A DNA stretch of 64,000 bases from Octopus vulgaris (taxonomy: Eukaryota), in NCBI GenBank assembly GCA_951406725.2, contig OX597826.1:47306001-47370000 (forward strand). Reading direction: 5' to 3'. This document shows, piece after piece, positions 29,161 through 42,962 of the stretch. The notes beneath the pieces were generated by a model. It had not been told where the DNA came from, made no database searches, and worked only from the letters and a program-made list of their open reading frames with translations. A program made the translations under genes and the position numbers. Position 1 is the first letter of the stretch; each line of letters opens with the position of its first letter.

Positions 29161-29358
29161 CGGGCTTTCTCCGTCCGGGTTGCGGATCCGTGGAATAAGC
29201 TGCCGGACGAGATATTGAAGATGTCGACGACCGCTCGGTTCAAAGTCTCTCTTGACCAGAAATGGCCTGGACTCTTTGCATGAACACCACCCTGTACATA
29301 ACTCTATGTCCCCCTACATGGCCTTGCTTTTTGCTTTTTGAGCCAAAAAATTAACTTA
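29161..29358 (+). pseudogene. CR1-clade LINE 3' end
   Basis: RAFSVRVADPWNKLPDEILKMSTTARFKVSLDQKW..* matches the canonical CR1 'FFS.RV...WN.LP...FK..LD' terminus; short 3' UTR follows. Confidence 0.88.
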
Positions 29359-29849
29359 AGTATAAGAACTGGTTCATTGCCGTAATGCATACATGCTTTC
29401 ATATTATACATAGGTGATCTCAGATAAACGGAGAATCTTGTCTCTCACAATATAGAGACACTTCTCATGGCACCAGCAGACAAAATGGAAAAGACGTTGT
29501 CCCGGAGGACAGCGATGGAGATGCGCTGTTTGATAGTGTGGATTCATAGAATAAAATGTATACTGTACAGCAGATGATCTTTAGCAAGGCATGTCCATCG
29601 CAAATTCGGCCGTTTCTCCTCGTGGATAATTACGACATTATTCGTGATAATTAAAACACACTCGTACGCACATGCACACACAAAACATACGTGTATGTTA
29701 GCGTATCAGGAGAAGAAGGAACGTTTATAGACCTTTTACAACCCTACGAAACAAGTACGAGCATAGGGCTAAGTTGTCTCAAACAGAAGACTTGAACTGA
29801 AAGCTTGTAACTCTGTGTGTAACCTCCACTAAAGGCAGCTAGTAGTGGA

Positions 29850-30415
29850 GTTAAACCGGATTAAGTCTCCATCCAAGCAGTCTATGATGGAATTTGAACT
29901 CCAAACGCAAAGAGCCGGAACAAACACTATGACATTACAGCACAGCAATTTCCGCACCGATGATTCCGCCAGTTCTCTGCTTTACACTGGTACACTCATT
30001 AATACTCAACTCCGGACGGTTGAAAATTGAAGCTGACCACCTCGGCAGGATTTGAACGCAGAATGCAAAGAGCCGGAACAAAAACGTAAGACAAATTTAC
30101 ACAACGATTTCTACTCCAACGATTTCACCAGTCGTCTGAGTTTTACTGGTACATTAAAAACTACTCGACACTTGACAGGTGAAATACGAAGCTGACCACC
30201 TCAGCAGGATTTGAACGCAGAATGCAAAGAGCCGGAACAAAAACGTAAGACAAATTTACACAACGATTTCGCCAGTCATCTGAGTTTTACTGGTACATTA
30301 AAAAATACTCGACACTTGACAGGTGAAATACGAAGCTAACCTCCTCGTCGGGATCTGAACTCCAAACAGAAGAAATGTAAATATGCACAGCATGGCTTTA
30401 CATTCGATGCTCTGA
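29850..30415 (-). mobile_element. degenerate tandem array of SINE-A-like units
   Basis: ggatttgaacgcagaatgcaaagagccggaacaaa repeated 3-4 times at ~150-170 bp spacing. Confidence 0.7.
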
Positions 30416-31629
30416 TTGGGGGGGGGGGGGTTCTTAGGTGCTTTTAGTAGGTCAGGTCTCCACTTGAAGGGGACCTACCTCCTTCCCTTTCACCAGTCTC
30501 AGACGTCCTGTAAAGGATTATTAGCACTGCCCCTGGCCAAATCGATATATAGTATTTTTATTCCATCGTCCTAATTTCATTGTAGAATATGTTCCTGTAA
30601 ACATCTAAAAATATTTGCGCGCGCGTGTGTGTGTGTGTGTGTGTGATGTGTTTGTGTGCCATCTTATGTAATTATGTGTATATCAGCATCTGTCTCAGAG
30701 TTGTGTGAAAGTGTGCGTATGTGTGAGAGCTTCTAAATGTGTGTGAGTGCGTGGATGTACAAGAGCTCTTGTGTGTTCGTTTGCGCGTAAATTTAAATAC
30801 ATATTTGTAAAAATGTAGTAATCTGCGCGCGCGCGTTTGTAAGCTTTAGAATTATTTAACAGTAAACATGTCGGAGCAAAGAATGTACGAAGAACAGATC
30901 GCTCATTATTTTATCCAAGATAAAAGAAGGGAGAGAAAGAAAAATTATAGTGTATAAAAGACACAGAGAGAGGGTGAATAGGGAAGAGAAAATGAGAAGG
31001 ATAGAGAGGAATTATACAAAAGAGCAAGAAAGAGAGAGAGAGATACAGAGAGAGAGGAAAACAGACAGAAAAGAACGGTGTTAGCAACAGCAAAAGGATG
31101 GAACAGGAGAAATTTTGTAAATACACACAAAAACAAAAAAAATTCCTGTCCCAAGAGGACCGATTGTTTCAAAGTTGCCTTTGAAGATCTCTACTATTTA
31201 GAGTCTAATTTATTAATAATGAATTAAATCATTTATATACCTTCACAGACGCTTAATAATGGCCGATTATTGAACGTATAATATATATATGGAATTGCAA
31301 ACTGAAAATATGCCTCTGTATTGTTTTAGTGAAACATTGAAACAAACAGCTAAGCAACAAAACATCCAGTTGAACAGAAAATATTGATGAAACAAAACCA
31401 AGTTTTTTGTTGTTGTTTGTTTTGAGACACGCAAAGACGGATTCATAAATGTTGTGTATCAATACATACGCATACACACGCTATGTCTCCGTGTGTGTTC
31501 ATGAGTCCTTGTGTCTGTATACATATATGTATATGCATTGCATACATCTAAAGATGTATATATATGAATATATGAGTATATATGTGTATATATACATGTG
31601 TGTATGTGTGTGCGTGTGTGTGTGTGTGT

Positions 31630-31890
31630 GGAGGCGTGTGTATTAGTGGTTAGCGTGTTAGCATCATGATCGTAAGATTGTGGTTTCGATTCCTGGACAG
31701 AGCGACGCGTTGAGTTCTTGAGCAAAAGACTTCATTTCAGGTTGCTCCAGTCCACTCAGCTGGCAATAATGAGTAACGCTGCGATGGACTGGCGTCCCGT
31801 CCAGCTGGGGAACACTTACGCCATTGAAACCGGGAACCCGGGCCCATGAGCCTGGCGCTAGGTTTTAAAAGGGCGCATTTATTATTTTAT
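31630..31890 (+). mobile_element. tRNA-headed SINE with CORE-like and V-domain-like modules
   Basis: Head ggaggcg..tagtggttagc..ggtttcgattcc; gttgctccagtccactcagctgg; gcgatggactggcgtcccgtccag; (TTA)/(TA) tail. Confidence 0.8.
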
Positions 31891-31938
31891 TTATTATATA
31901 TATATATATATATACATACATATATGTGTGTGTATGTG

Positions 31939-32073
<135 letters not shown>

Positions 32074-33083
32074 CAGTATGTGCACTCGTACAGACACCGA
32101 CACATACATTTGTGTTTTTTATGTCTATATACTCAGTTATGTTGTTAATAATTTCAGTTTACAGCCACGAGGTTCCAGATCGATCTCAATGCGCCGCACG
32201 CATGACGACTAGTTATACACGCACTCAAACAAAAATATATATAGATAAACATACATACACTTATATGTATATAGGTATGTGTATGTGCATTGCGTGAAGC
32301 TTTTAAGTGGTCTACGGATAAAAAGCGGATTCAATGTGTTCTTTTATAGAAATCCGCAGTCACAACTCTATGCTTAAGTATGTATTTCTTCGTTTGAAGA
32401 CAAAAAGAAAATATTAGAGATGTTGGGCAGTGTTAACTTCTTGAATTTTTCAGTTACAGATATATAGTAATCGTTATAAATGGATTGCCGTTGTATATAT
32501 TTGCCTTTTATCAATACACCATGTTTTTGCGGTATGTAATTTTCTCACGCTTTGTGGTATCTATTTCCTCACGCTTTTCAATACCAAATATATTTTCAAA
32601 AGGAGGTGGCATCGCACTTTTGCATGTTATATGCAGGTATTTCATGCAGTGCCTATAACACTTTACTGGGCCTCAAAGTTTCAGTATACCAGATTCTTAG
32701 CCCTAAGAATTCAAGCTGAGTCCATTCACAAAAGGTACACAAGAGACCCGAGGTGCTGCTTGGTGGCTGGTCTCAAACTGGGTGATAAATGAACTGTACC
32801 ATTCGAAGTAGGCTGTGGTGCGATTAAACCGAAAACCGGAAAAAATTAACAGATACTGCAAGATAATTTTTATCAACATCGAAATGAGAAAAGCAAAGCT
32901 GATCTTGCCATTATTTGAACTCAAATTACAGGTAAATACCACAATATATTCCATCCGACATCAACATTAGACATGAGAACCACGTTCCACTGCACTCTGA
33001 TGTATGTCTTTAACATGACATCTAGAAATAACAGTCAAATTGCACGGTTTTATCTATTCCTCCATATACATACATACAAACAC

Positions 33084-33145
<62 letters not shown>

Positions 33146-33156
<11 letters not shown>

Positions 33157-33363
33157 TGGGACAACAAAACATCAAGATAGACGATACAAGGAAACAAGGA
33201 CGGGTCATTCAAAGTTTTCTTTTCTCAGTCAAGTACCAGATTATCTTCGCAATCTTGGCTGATTATACTTGAGATTGCTCCAATCTGGCCAGCCCCAAGG
33301 AAAAACTAAGCTAAGAGCATTAGATGCATAGGAAGAAAGCAGCGAAGTGTATACAAAAACAAG

Positions 33364-33366
<3 letters not shown>
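33146..33366 (+). mobile_element. unclassified (TA)n-embedded repeat, copy 1
   Basis: Reverse-complement homolog of 44392-44615; (TA)n on both flanks. Confidence 0.7.
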
Positions 33367-33409
<43 letters not shown>

Positions 33410-33501
33410 TGTTTCCGTGTGTGCATATGCGTGTGTATGTATATATACATATTATATGTATATTATTATCTCTTTCTCTTTCTCTCTCTCTCTCTCTCTT
33501 T

Positions 33502-33539
<38 letters not shown>

Positions 33540-34310
33540 CCGTAAATTTATAATAAATGTGAATATTGCAAATATTTGAAATTTCATATTTTCATAGACG
33601 CTCTCTGAATGACTAAATAATTCGCTACGTACTTGATATGATGATACGATTCCAATACGTGGACCGTTTGGTAAATGTACTTGAGTAGATTAGGTCCTGT
33701 GTGCGAAAGTACATAGACGAAACCTTATATAAGCCCTGCTCCCCTTCAGATAGACTACAGCTTTATTTCAAATGACCGAACTTCTACCCATATTTCGTTT
33801 TGGGATTTGGTTTGCAAGATTCTTTATATGAGTTCGTGTGTTAAAGCAATGTATTAAGTCAAGACTATTGAAAAGGTTGCAAGACGCAACGAAAATTTTA
33901 GGAATATAAAAATAAGAAATAAGTGGAAATTTTACCGGAGTGTGTGTTAAATTATAAGGCACAAAAAGAAAATGACTCTCCCCAGACAAAACAGAATATT
34001 CTACCGATAGGTAACAGTAAAAGTACAAGAGTCTGCAAAATACCCAGGCGTCAATACTGAGAAGCAATGAATAAGCAGTTACAGTAACAGAACGTTTGAG
34101 GTATTCATTGTGGAAACTGTTGCTATTATATTAGACATTCATTGAATCCGGTGTCTATATATGAAGAACGATCGAGTAAAATTATTGTTAGCATGGCTAA
34201 CTAAAAATAGACTTCTGTATGCATGTGTGTGTTTGTGCTGATTATGTAGGTCTCTATGTAAAATGGGCATAATATCATAATATACTGGTGTATCATAGGG
34301 AAGTGTTAAG

Positions 34311-34380
<70 letters not shown>

Positions 34381-34459
34381 GTGTGTGTGTTTGTGTGTGT
34401 ATGAATGTATTTATGTATGTATGTGTGTATATGTATATACATATAAATATATACAAATG

Positions 34460-34491
<32 letters not shown>

Positions 34492-34659
34492 CATGCATAT
34501 ATATATAGGCATACGCACATATGTATATATGTGTATGTGTATGAGTACATGTATATATATATATGTATGTGTATATATATATATATATAAATGCTTATGT
34601 ATACACATACAAACATATATATATATAAATATACACACATATTTGTATGTATGTATATG

Positions 34660-34698
<39 letters not shown>

Positions 34699-35590
34699 AT
34701 AAACGTCAATATCAAAGTTGTGTACAGTGCTTATGACTACATCTAATACGCATTTGTTAATTTTGTGTATTGAATGTAGATACGTGCGTATATGTGTGTG
34801 TGTAAGTGTGTGTATGTTTGTGTGTGTGTGTGCTTGCTTGTGCGTAAGTGTATACGTGCATGTGTTTCACACATGTATGTAAGTTTACTTCATTAGAAAT
34901 TTCCAGAACCTAAAACAAAAGAACCGAGCGCTAATTCCGTCGTTCTTCGTCCGTAACAAAAGAATTGCAGATAAACAAACAAATAAATAAATAAACAACA
35001 CCAACAACAACCACAACAACACATTAAAAAAAAAATCTCTGCAAATATCTTCAATGATATTTGGAAAAATTTTCAGGCGAAAATTTTTCAAAAGATTTTA
35101 TTTAAAGAAAATATACATTGAATTAAAGTAAGTTGAAAGATGTTTTAAAGAGAATAGAGCTTTGAAAGAAATGGTGATAAAACAAATAAGAATTATTTTG
35201 TGAAATATTTCACATAACTTTTTGTTTTTTGTTTTTGTTTATGTTCTTTTACTTTTGTATTATGTTGTGTTGTTGTTTTGTTTCTATATGCCTCCAATTC
35301 ATTGGAGAATATAGATTTTGTGCAGCAAGTATTTCCAAACAGACATTTTACAATGCAATAATGATGATATATGCAGAATTCAGGTTTAATAATAATGGAA
35401 AACGATCAGAGAAGTAAAATGAAACTAAAATTTTTTAAAATTTCAAAAATTAAGAAAAATATAGACCTATTTTACGAAAACCATTCAATAAAACTGTTTG
35501 GGAAATGAATGTTTTATTTGTAAATCATTATAGTTAAATTTATTGTTATATTGTTGTTGTTATTGTTATTATTATTATTATCGTTGTTAA

Positions 35591-36320
35591 AGCGGCGAGC
35601 TGGCAGAATCCTTAGCACGCCGGGCGAAATGCTTAGCAATATTTCGTCTGCTGCTACGTTCTGAGTTCAAATTCCGCCGAGGTCGACTTTGCCTTTCATC
35701 CTTTAGGGGTCGATTAAATAAGTACAAATTACGCACTGGGGTCGATGTAATCGACTTAATCCGTTTGTCTGTCCTTGTTTGTTCCCTCTGTGTTTAGTCC
35801 CTTGTGGGTAATAAAGAAATAGGTATTTCGTCTGCCGTTACGCTTTGAGTTCAAATTCCGCCGAGGTCGACTTTGCCTATCATCCTTTCGGGGTTGATTA
35901 AATAAGTACCAGTTAAGCACTCGTATCGATATAATCGACTTAATCCGTTTGTCTGTCCTTGTTTGTGTTCTCTGTGCTTAGGCCCTTGTTTGTAGTAAAG
36001 AAATAGGTATTTCGTCTGCCGCTACGTTCTGAGTTCAAATTCCGCCGAGGTCGACTTTGCCTTTCATCCTTTCGGGGTCGATTAAATAAGTACCAGTTAC
36101 GCACTGGGGGTCGATCTAATCGACTTAATCCGTTTGTCCTTGTTTGTCCCCTCTGTGTGTAGCCCCTTGTGGGCAGTAAAGAAATAAGAATCGTTAGTCG
36201 CTGGGCAAAATAGCGGCACTTATGTTCTAATTTCAGATACTGCCGAGGTCGATTTTGACTTTCACCATTCCGGGTCCGATAAAAAAAGTACCAGTTAGAC
36301 ACTAGTGTTCGATGTACCGT
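35591..36320 (+). mobile_element. SINE-A trimer (head plus three ~184-bp units) and a decayed fourth copy
   Basis: Junction aaagaaata|ggtatttcgtctg at ~35821 and ~36005. Confidence 0.92.
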
Positions 36321-37094
36321 ATTTTATAGCCTATAAGTCCACGAATGCATAGGGTGCACCCTAGCCAAAGCTTTACTTTCGTAAAATGAATTACCACTAA
36401 GATAATGTTTTAATTCCTCCACTTACCTGTATAACTTTATGTTATTATCGGTAATTATAGGCAATTTATTGCATCCACATTTGATATAAACATAACGTAG
36501 GCGATTGTTCACCAATAGATGGCAGCACACGTTTTGTAAACATACCGTTTTGAGCGAGTTTTGAGCCTATATTGAGTGCACTGGACGTAGGAGGATTTTT
36601 AAAGCCATCAAATACGGTAATTGATTTACCCTCCCCCCTAACTTGTTGGCTTAGTGCCAAAATTTGAAATCATTATTTTCATTATTGTTGTTGCTGTTGC
36701 TGTTATTTTTATAATTACTGTTTCACTCCAGATCAGATACTCTCTCTATTCGACAGACCTATTATGAAACCGTTTGAAATCATGGCCATCAGAAACTTGC
36801 GTTTCTTTTTCTAGCAATTATGTGCTCTCCTGTCCAAAGTAGGAGACTCCAGTTGTTTGGTCAACTAGACGACCAACTCATTGAATCAACAGAGTACAAA
36901 GCGACTGAGTATTCCACAAACATGACACAAGTGTGATGAGGCTGAGTTTTGAATTATAGCTACATACTATTCGACTGCCATCTACACAATTGTAGTTTCC
37001 CAATTTCATTCACAAGGTTTAGGTTAAACCGTGGCTATGGCAACGGCACTCACCTAATGTGTCACATATATACAAAACAAAAATCGTAAAAATT

Positions 37095-37954
37095 ATGGAA
37101 AATTTGTTGGCCAGTTTGCTCGAGTTGCAAAATCAGCAGCAACAACTGAAAGAACAACAACAATTACAACAACAACAACTGCTGCTTCAATGTCACGGGG
37201 ACTCTATTGTTGTGGAGTAAAAGTTGGAAATTAGACTGGCTACAGATGCAAGTGAGTACGGTGTATGAGCCGTACTTCTGCACAAATACGACAATGGCAG
37301 TGAAAAGGCTATAGCCTATGCGTCAATGTCGTCATTGCCAGCTGAAAATAATTATAGTCAGATAGAAAAAGAGGCATTAACAGATATAGTTAGTGTCAAG
37401 AAGTCCCATAGATTTAGCCATGGAAGACGTTTCTGTTTGCAAACAGAGCATTGCCGACTGCCGACAATATATGGTTCCAAAAAAGGAATCCCAGCGCACA
37501 AGGCAAATAGACTACAGATATGGGGCACTAGGGTATTTACCGTCGGTAACACTACGGCATGCGGATGGTTTGTCCAAACTGATAGCAAAACACGGCGAGC
37601 CATTCGAAGAGACGGTAATCACAGCTTTAAGAGCTGAATGTGACATAAAAATAATGAGATGTGGAAGGTGGTACGAGAGTTGCAGGTGAATCTGGAGGAT
37701 ATAAAGCGGAATTCGATAAAAGACAGGTTTATGAAGGAAACAAAAGAACATTGTGGTCAGCAAAAGAAAATAGCAAAACGTTTGGTGCAAAACGAAATCA
37801 AGACGTGAATCCATACTCAATGTGTGATGGTGTAAAGATGTATGCACAGAGAGTAATGATACCGGAAATACTACAAAAGAAAATGTTGAGAGAATTTCAC
37901 GTCGGACATCTTGGTATTTCAAGGATGAAAGATTTAATGTGTAGTTACGTATAG
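37095..37954 (+). pseudogene. Ty3/Gypsy LTR retrotransposon remnant (gag-like start, RNase H, integrase zinc-binding region)
   Basis: LATDASEYG..AIAYAS..AENNYSQIEKEAL..GRRFCLQTEH..IYGSKKGIP..ANRLQ.WG..HADGLS; RVMIPEILQKKMLREFHVGHLGISRMK. Confidence 0.9.
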
Positions 37955-38084
37955 CTAAAGAGAGGTAACCGTGTAAGATATTATAATATGAAAATACGAA
38001 GGACTATTTGTTTATACACCACAAACACAGACTTAATTTATCCATATTCACATACATACACATACATATAGATATGCAATGCAT

Positions 38085-38132
<48 letters not shown>

Positions 38133-38218
38133 ATGTGTGCACATACATAGATGCATATATGCATATATATACATCTATAAGAAAATAAGTTAAAATAACA
38201 TAAGCATAAAATAACATG

Positions 38219-38271
<53 letters not shown>

Positions 38272-38343
38272 GCACACACACGCACACACTAGCACACATA
38301 TACTTATGAACAGCTATACACATACATACATATATACATACAC

Positions 38344-38405
<62 letters not shown>

Positions 38406-38769
38406 GTGTATGTATATATGTGTGTATATATGTATGTACGTATCTACAAATCGAAATGTTTTTAGCAATTTACCTCTATTTCGTTCTTTATATATATATA
38501 TATATTTCAAAATTTCGCCACTATTTACTGAACTCCTGCTCCACCGGAGTCAATAAGACTGTGAAAGTATTGTATTGATTAGCCGAAAGCAGGAGAATGG
38601 CAGTAAAGAAGGCTCCAAATATAATGACAAGGATTGGAAATTGGTTGAAGTGAACCATTCTATGAGGATCGTGTTATTTTTCCACTTGGTTGACATATCT
38701 AAGCTCTTCCGAGCAACAGCTTTCATTGTTCCGTAGGTCACATTTATAGCTGTTTTGAAAAGGGCTTCT

Positions 38770-38959
38770 TGCTGTTGTTGTTGTTGTTGTTGTTGTTGTT
38801 ATTGTTGTTGCTGTTGTCGCTTGTATTAAAGAGATATCATGGCGTTCATTTGAACCGTTTAATTATTTCTACAATTTCATGATGTTGATAAATAAGAATA
38901 GAAATATTTCATTCGCAACGCTGCTGTTGTTGTTGCTGTCGTTGTTGCTTTTGTCGTCG

Positions 38960-38991
<32 letters not shown>

Positions 38992-39250
38992 GATGATGAT
39001 GATGTTGATGACGACGTGATTATAGGTGATTATAGGATGAGGATGACGACAATGCCGATGAAAATGTTTAAAGATGGTGTTAGAGTTGACAACGCCGGTG
39101 GTGGTGGTGGTGGTGGTGCTGCTGCTGCTACTGCCGCTGCTGCCGCCGATGATGATGTTGATGATGATGATGATGACACCACCGACGACGTCGATAACGA
39201 CGATGATGCTGGTGATGATGATGGTAATGATGACGACGACAACGATGATG
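38770..39250. repeat. (GTT)/(GAT)/(GGT)/(GCT) compound trinucleotide tract
   Basis: Read directly. Confidence 0.9.
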
Positions 39251-39659
39251 TCCAAGTGGAAGATGGGGAAAAACCTATGACCCTTTAAAAGATGTGGTTG
39301 GGATGGAAATAAAAACCTGACTCATGGGATGCTGGTGCGAGTTAGCCTGAAATTGTCCCTAATCAAATAAGCCTACATTCTCTTTTCTTTACTGAAGATG
39401 GTTGGATGTTTATTTCATCAAACTGGACGGCCACATCGAGGTGTCATCGTTGGTTTGCGTCCCGAGGTTGTATTTTCTGAACTAATTTAACTCATGACCA
39501 AAGAAATTGAGCCATAAAACATTAGATTATTTTCCCAAGTCCTTCACTGATGCTATTCGAACCAACGCTCCTTTGGTTTGCAAGTTATATATATGAACCA
39601 AACATACAATACATACCTGTCAATGGTAAGGGAGTATGACTCGGTGCCGTGTAAACATT

Positions 39660-39950
39660 CTTATTTATTGTCTTTGAACTGCTTGTAAAGCTGACGATGT
39701 ACTACAGTGCCAGCTGGTCACAACCAGTGAACTAAGGTAACATCCCTAATTTTTCGAGCACCATCCAGAGTACTTGAGCGGTTCCAAGCAGTGCTGTTTT
39801 CTGCAAGTGCTCCACCTTTACTGCAGCCCCTATTTGTTCCATGTACTTTTCAAGGTTTTTACTCATTGTTCTCAGGGCTCTAACAATTATTGGTACTACT
39901 ACCACCTTTTTCATTGACCACAACTGCTTCACTTCCCAAGCTAACCTGCC
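39660..39950 (-). pseudogene. R4/Dong-clade LINE 3' end (RLE C-terminus and 3' UTR)
   Basis: RLAWEVKQLWSMKKVVVVPIIVRAL..LEKYMEQIG..EHLQKTALLGTAQVL..VLE; ends in aataaataa. Confidence 0.88.
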
Positions 39951-39967
39951 ATCATCATCTTCATCAT

Positions 39968-40018
<51 letters not shown>

Positions 40019-40028
40019 TATTATTATT

Positions 40029-40573
40029 GAGTGAGAGAGCAGTGCATGCCATCAAAGTGACATTGGGGTAAAATATACGAAGCCCAATATACCCATCATG
40101 ACTACCCGTCTGATAAAGGTACACCAGGCACATGCATCACAACCATATGTGCGCGACATGGTGATCTCATATCAAGATAAACAGCACATGACCTTGCAGG
40201 TGGGGCCCAGTTAGAATTTTCTTCAGGTTGAGTAGCCCATCCCGCTCAAAAGGTCCCTGAATAAGGGTTGTTTAAGGATGTTGAAAGAACCACCAATGTT
40301 TCCAGAGGTGAATTATTCAAACCCCAAAGAATCCTTCTCAACACATGGCTATGATGCTCCCCCACTACTTCTACTCGTGATCAGAGATGCACATATCGTC
40401 AGCCACTAAGGGACATGCTCAACTGGTTACGGTCAAACAACTGACAAGCAAATATGTGGTATTGAGCAGAATATTTGCTGTAGCCCATCTTTTATACCAA
40501 GACAAAACAATGTACATGATAACACTTCCAATCAGTTAAAATCAGAAGCCATGAGAGCCACTGCCTGGTACTG

Positions 40574-40575
<2 letters not shown>
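40029..40575 (-). mobile_element. unclassified element D, apparently full length, inside (TAA)n
   Basis: Homologous to 6121-6513; (TTA)n on both flanks. Confidence 0.8.
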
Positions 40576-40607
<32 letters not shown>

Positions 40608-40702
40608 GGTAGATGCCTGTGTAAGCCGTGAACGAACAAATATAGTTACCCTCTTGGCCCTTACCCTTTCGGTCCAGTAGAACATCTAAAAAGTGATAAC
40701 TG

Positions 40703-40782
<80 letters not shown>

Positions 40783-41745
40783 GTATACCAGTACATAGCC
40801 AATATGAGAGTTTCACTCATGGCAACAACTGCAGTATAGTTTCTTCTAACAGAACATTCTAACAGAACATTCATATGAATCTATTACATAGATTCATAAA
40901 AACAAAAAGAAAGGAATAAACAGGGAAGATAATAAGCATTTCTTATTCGTACAGTCAGCGATATCTATATTGCAGGAAATAAAGTTTAGAATTTAAAAAT
41001 CGGCATCATTCTGCTTTATTTTCTCTATAAAGTTCTGATAAGTAATTGGTTAGAAAAAGCTGGTTAACAAAAGCACAGCATTTTGAAAATTAACTGCTGC
41101 ATATAAAGGTTATATTAAGGTTCATTAGTTCTGAAATGTCAACAGGACATTGGTGTGTTAGTCGTAAGTGCAGTTGTGTTGTTAATAATCTCATTTTGCA
41201 ACTATGTGGCTTTGACTTCTCTCCTGCTGTGTGATAACCTTGAATTCTCAAAGGCTTCGAATGTGAGATTTGTTACACACAGAAATAGTATGCAACGCAT
41301 GTTGGAGAGCTCTCGATAGAAAATTTTACCTGCTACCCAGTTTCTAGGGTATGAGATGCTTTGGCACAACAACTTGGGTGCCGCCTACTTAGCTTCGCAG
41401 ATTCGCCCCCTAACTTATCCGACACTAGACTTTTTAATGTCTCCCTTTCGTTTTCTCCATCCCCAAACCCGCTCTCTCTATCTGTCTCTCTGTCTCTGCC
41501 GCTCTCTCTATCTGTCTCTCTGTCTATCTGTCCTTTTGTCTTCCTCTATCTCTGTCTCTTTCTCTCTCTCTCTCCCTCCTTTTATGTGTATGAGTAGTGG
41601 GTAGGTGCTTTTGAGAATCACGCTCAATTAATAAATTGTAATATTTCTTTCTCCCACTTTACTGTCCTATTCTCTATAAGAGTATGTATATTTCTGTATA
41701 TGAGTATATATATATATCTGTATGTAAGTATGTATGTGTGTGGAC

Positions 41746-41776
<31 letters not shown>

Positions 41777-41979
41777 AAATGTGGCAGGAACACTGGGACC
41801 TGTGTATTGCTGCGGAAGGTGAATATTTCGAAGATGATTGTAAAACTTAGATAAATAAGTTATATTTTATTAAACATATGTACTGGAACTTTTGATCCCA
41901 TCCCGTATCTATCTGTCTGTCTTCCTATTTGTCTATCTGCCTGTCTGCCTGTCTCCCCACCTGTCTATCTTTCTATCTT

Positions 41980-42030
<51 letters not shown>

Positions 42031-42273
42031 GTCTATCTATCTGTCTATCTATCTGTCTGTGTGTATGTCTGTCTATCTAGCCATCCATCTATCTATCTAT
42101 CTATCTCTCAGTCTGCCTGTCTGTCTATTTATCTATCTATCTAAATATATATGCGTGTGTATCTATGTATATATATGTATATAATTATGTATATATATAT
42201 ATATATACGCATATATACATATGTATATACACATATACATATATATATACTTATATACATATACATATACATA

Positions 42274-42312
<39 letters not shown>

Positions 42313-42962
42313 GCATATGCACACCGTCTAAATATATGTGTGTAAATACATGTGTGTTTGTATGTGAATGTGTGAATGATTGCATGTATAAGTGTGTATA
42401 TTTCGTTTGTACATGCTTGCATTGTGAGTAGCAGGTTTTAATTTAAATACATATTCATCTAAAAATATAATATCTCGTCTTGAAATTGAAGTGACTATTA
42501 AATATTTTTTCGTCTATTTCTATGTATTTATTCGTCTATTTATTGTAGTTGTTGTTATTGTTATTTTGTTATCAGTAGTAGTAGTAACAGAACTTTCATT
42601 ATTGGTATTATTTTAATAATAAGTTTCCTTTCAATAATAAAATATGGTGAAAATGAAATAGAATGAGGATAATGATAATCAGTAAATTCGTAAACTGTTT
42701 CATTGGAAATGAATACACGTATACACAACCGCACACACATATACAAACACGTACATATGCATACACGCAAATATAGACGCATAAACATGAACACGCACAA
42801 ACGCACAGACACATTCATGTGCGTTTGAGTTTTAGTTTCACTTTCTCTTTCTCTTAGAGACGTTATTAAATTTCATACTCGGAGAAATCTTATGAACATT
42901 AACCTCACTATGATAAGTACATCTATATTCACACATACCACGCACAAAAATACTTGCACACA

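Noticed and set aside
30417-30430. G14 run as a G-quadruplex
   Set aside because: Isolated homopolymer of uncertain length with no supporting context.
33600-34130. Possible LINE remnants (HCFNTR on minus, KYPGV on plus); similar hint at 27780-28020
   Set aside because: Motifs too short and decayed to call.
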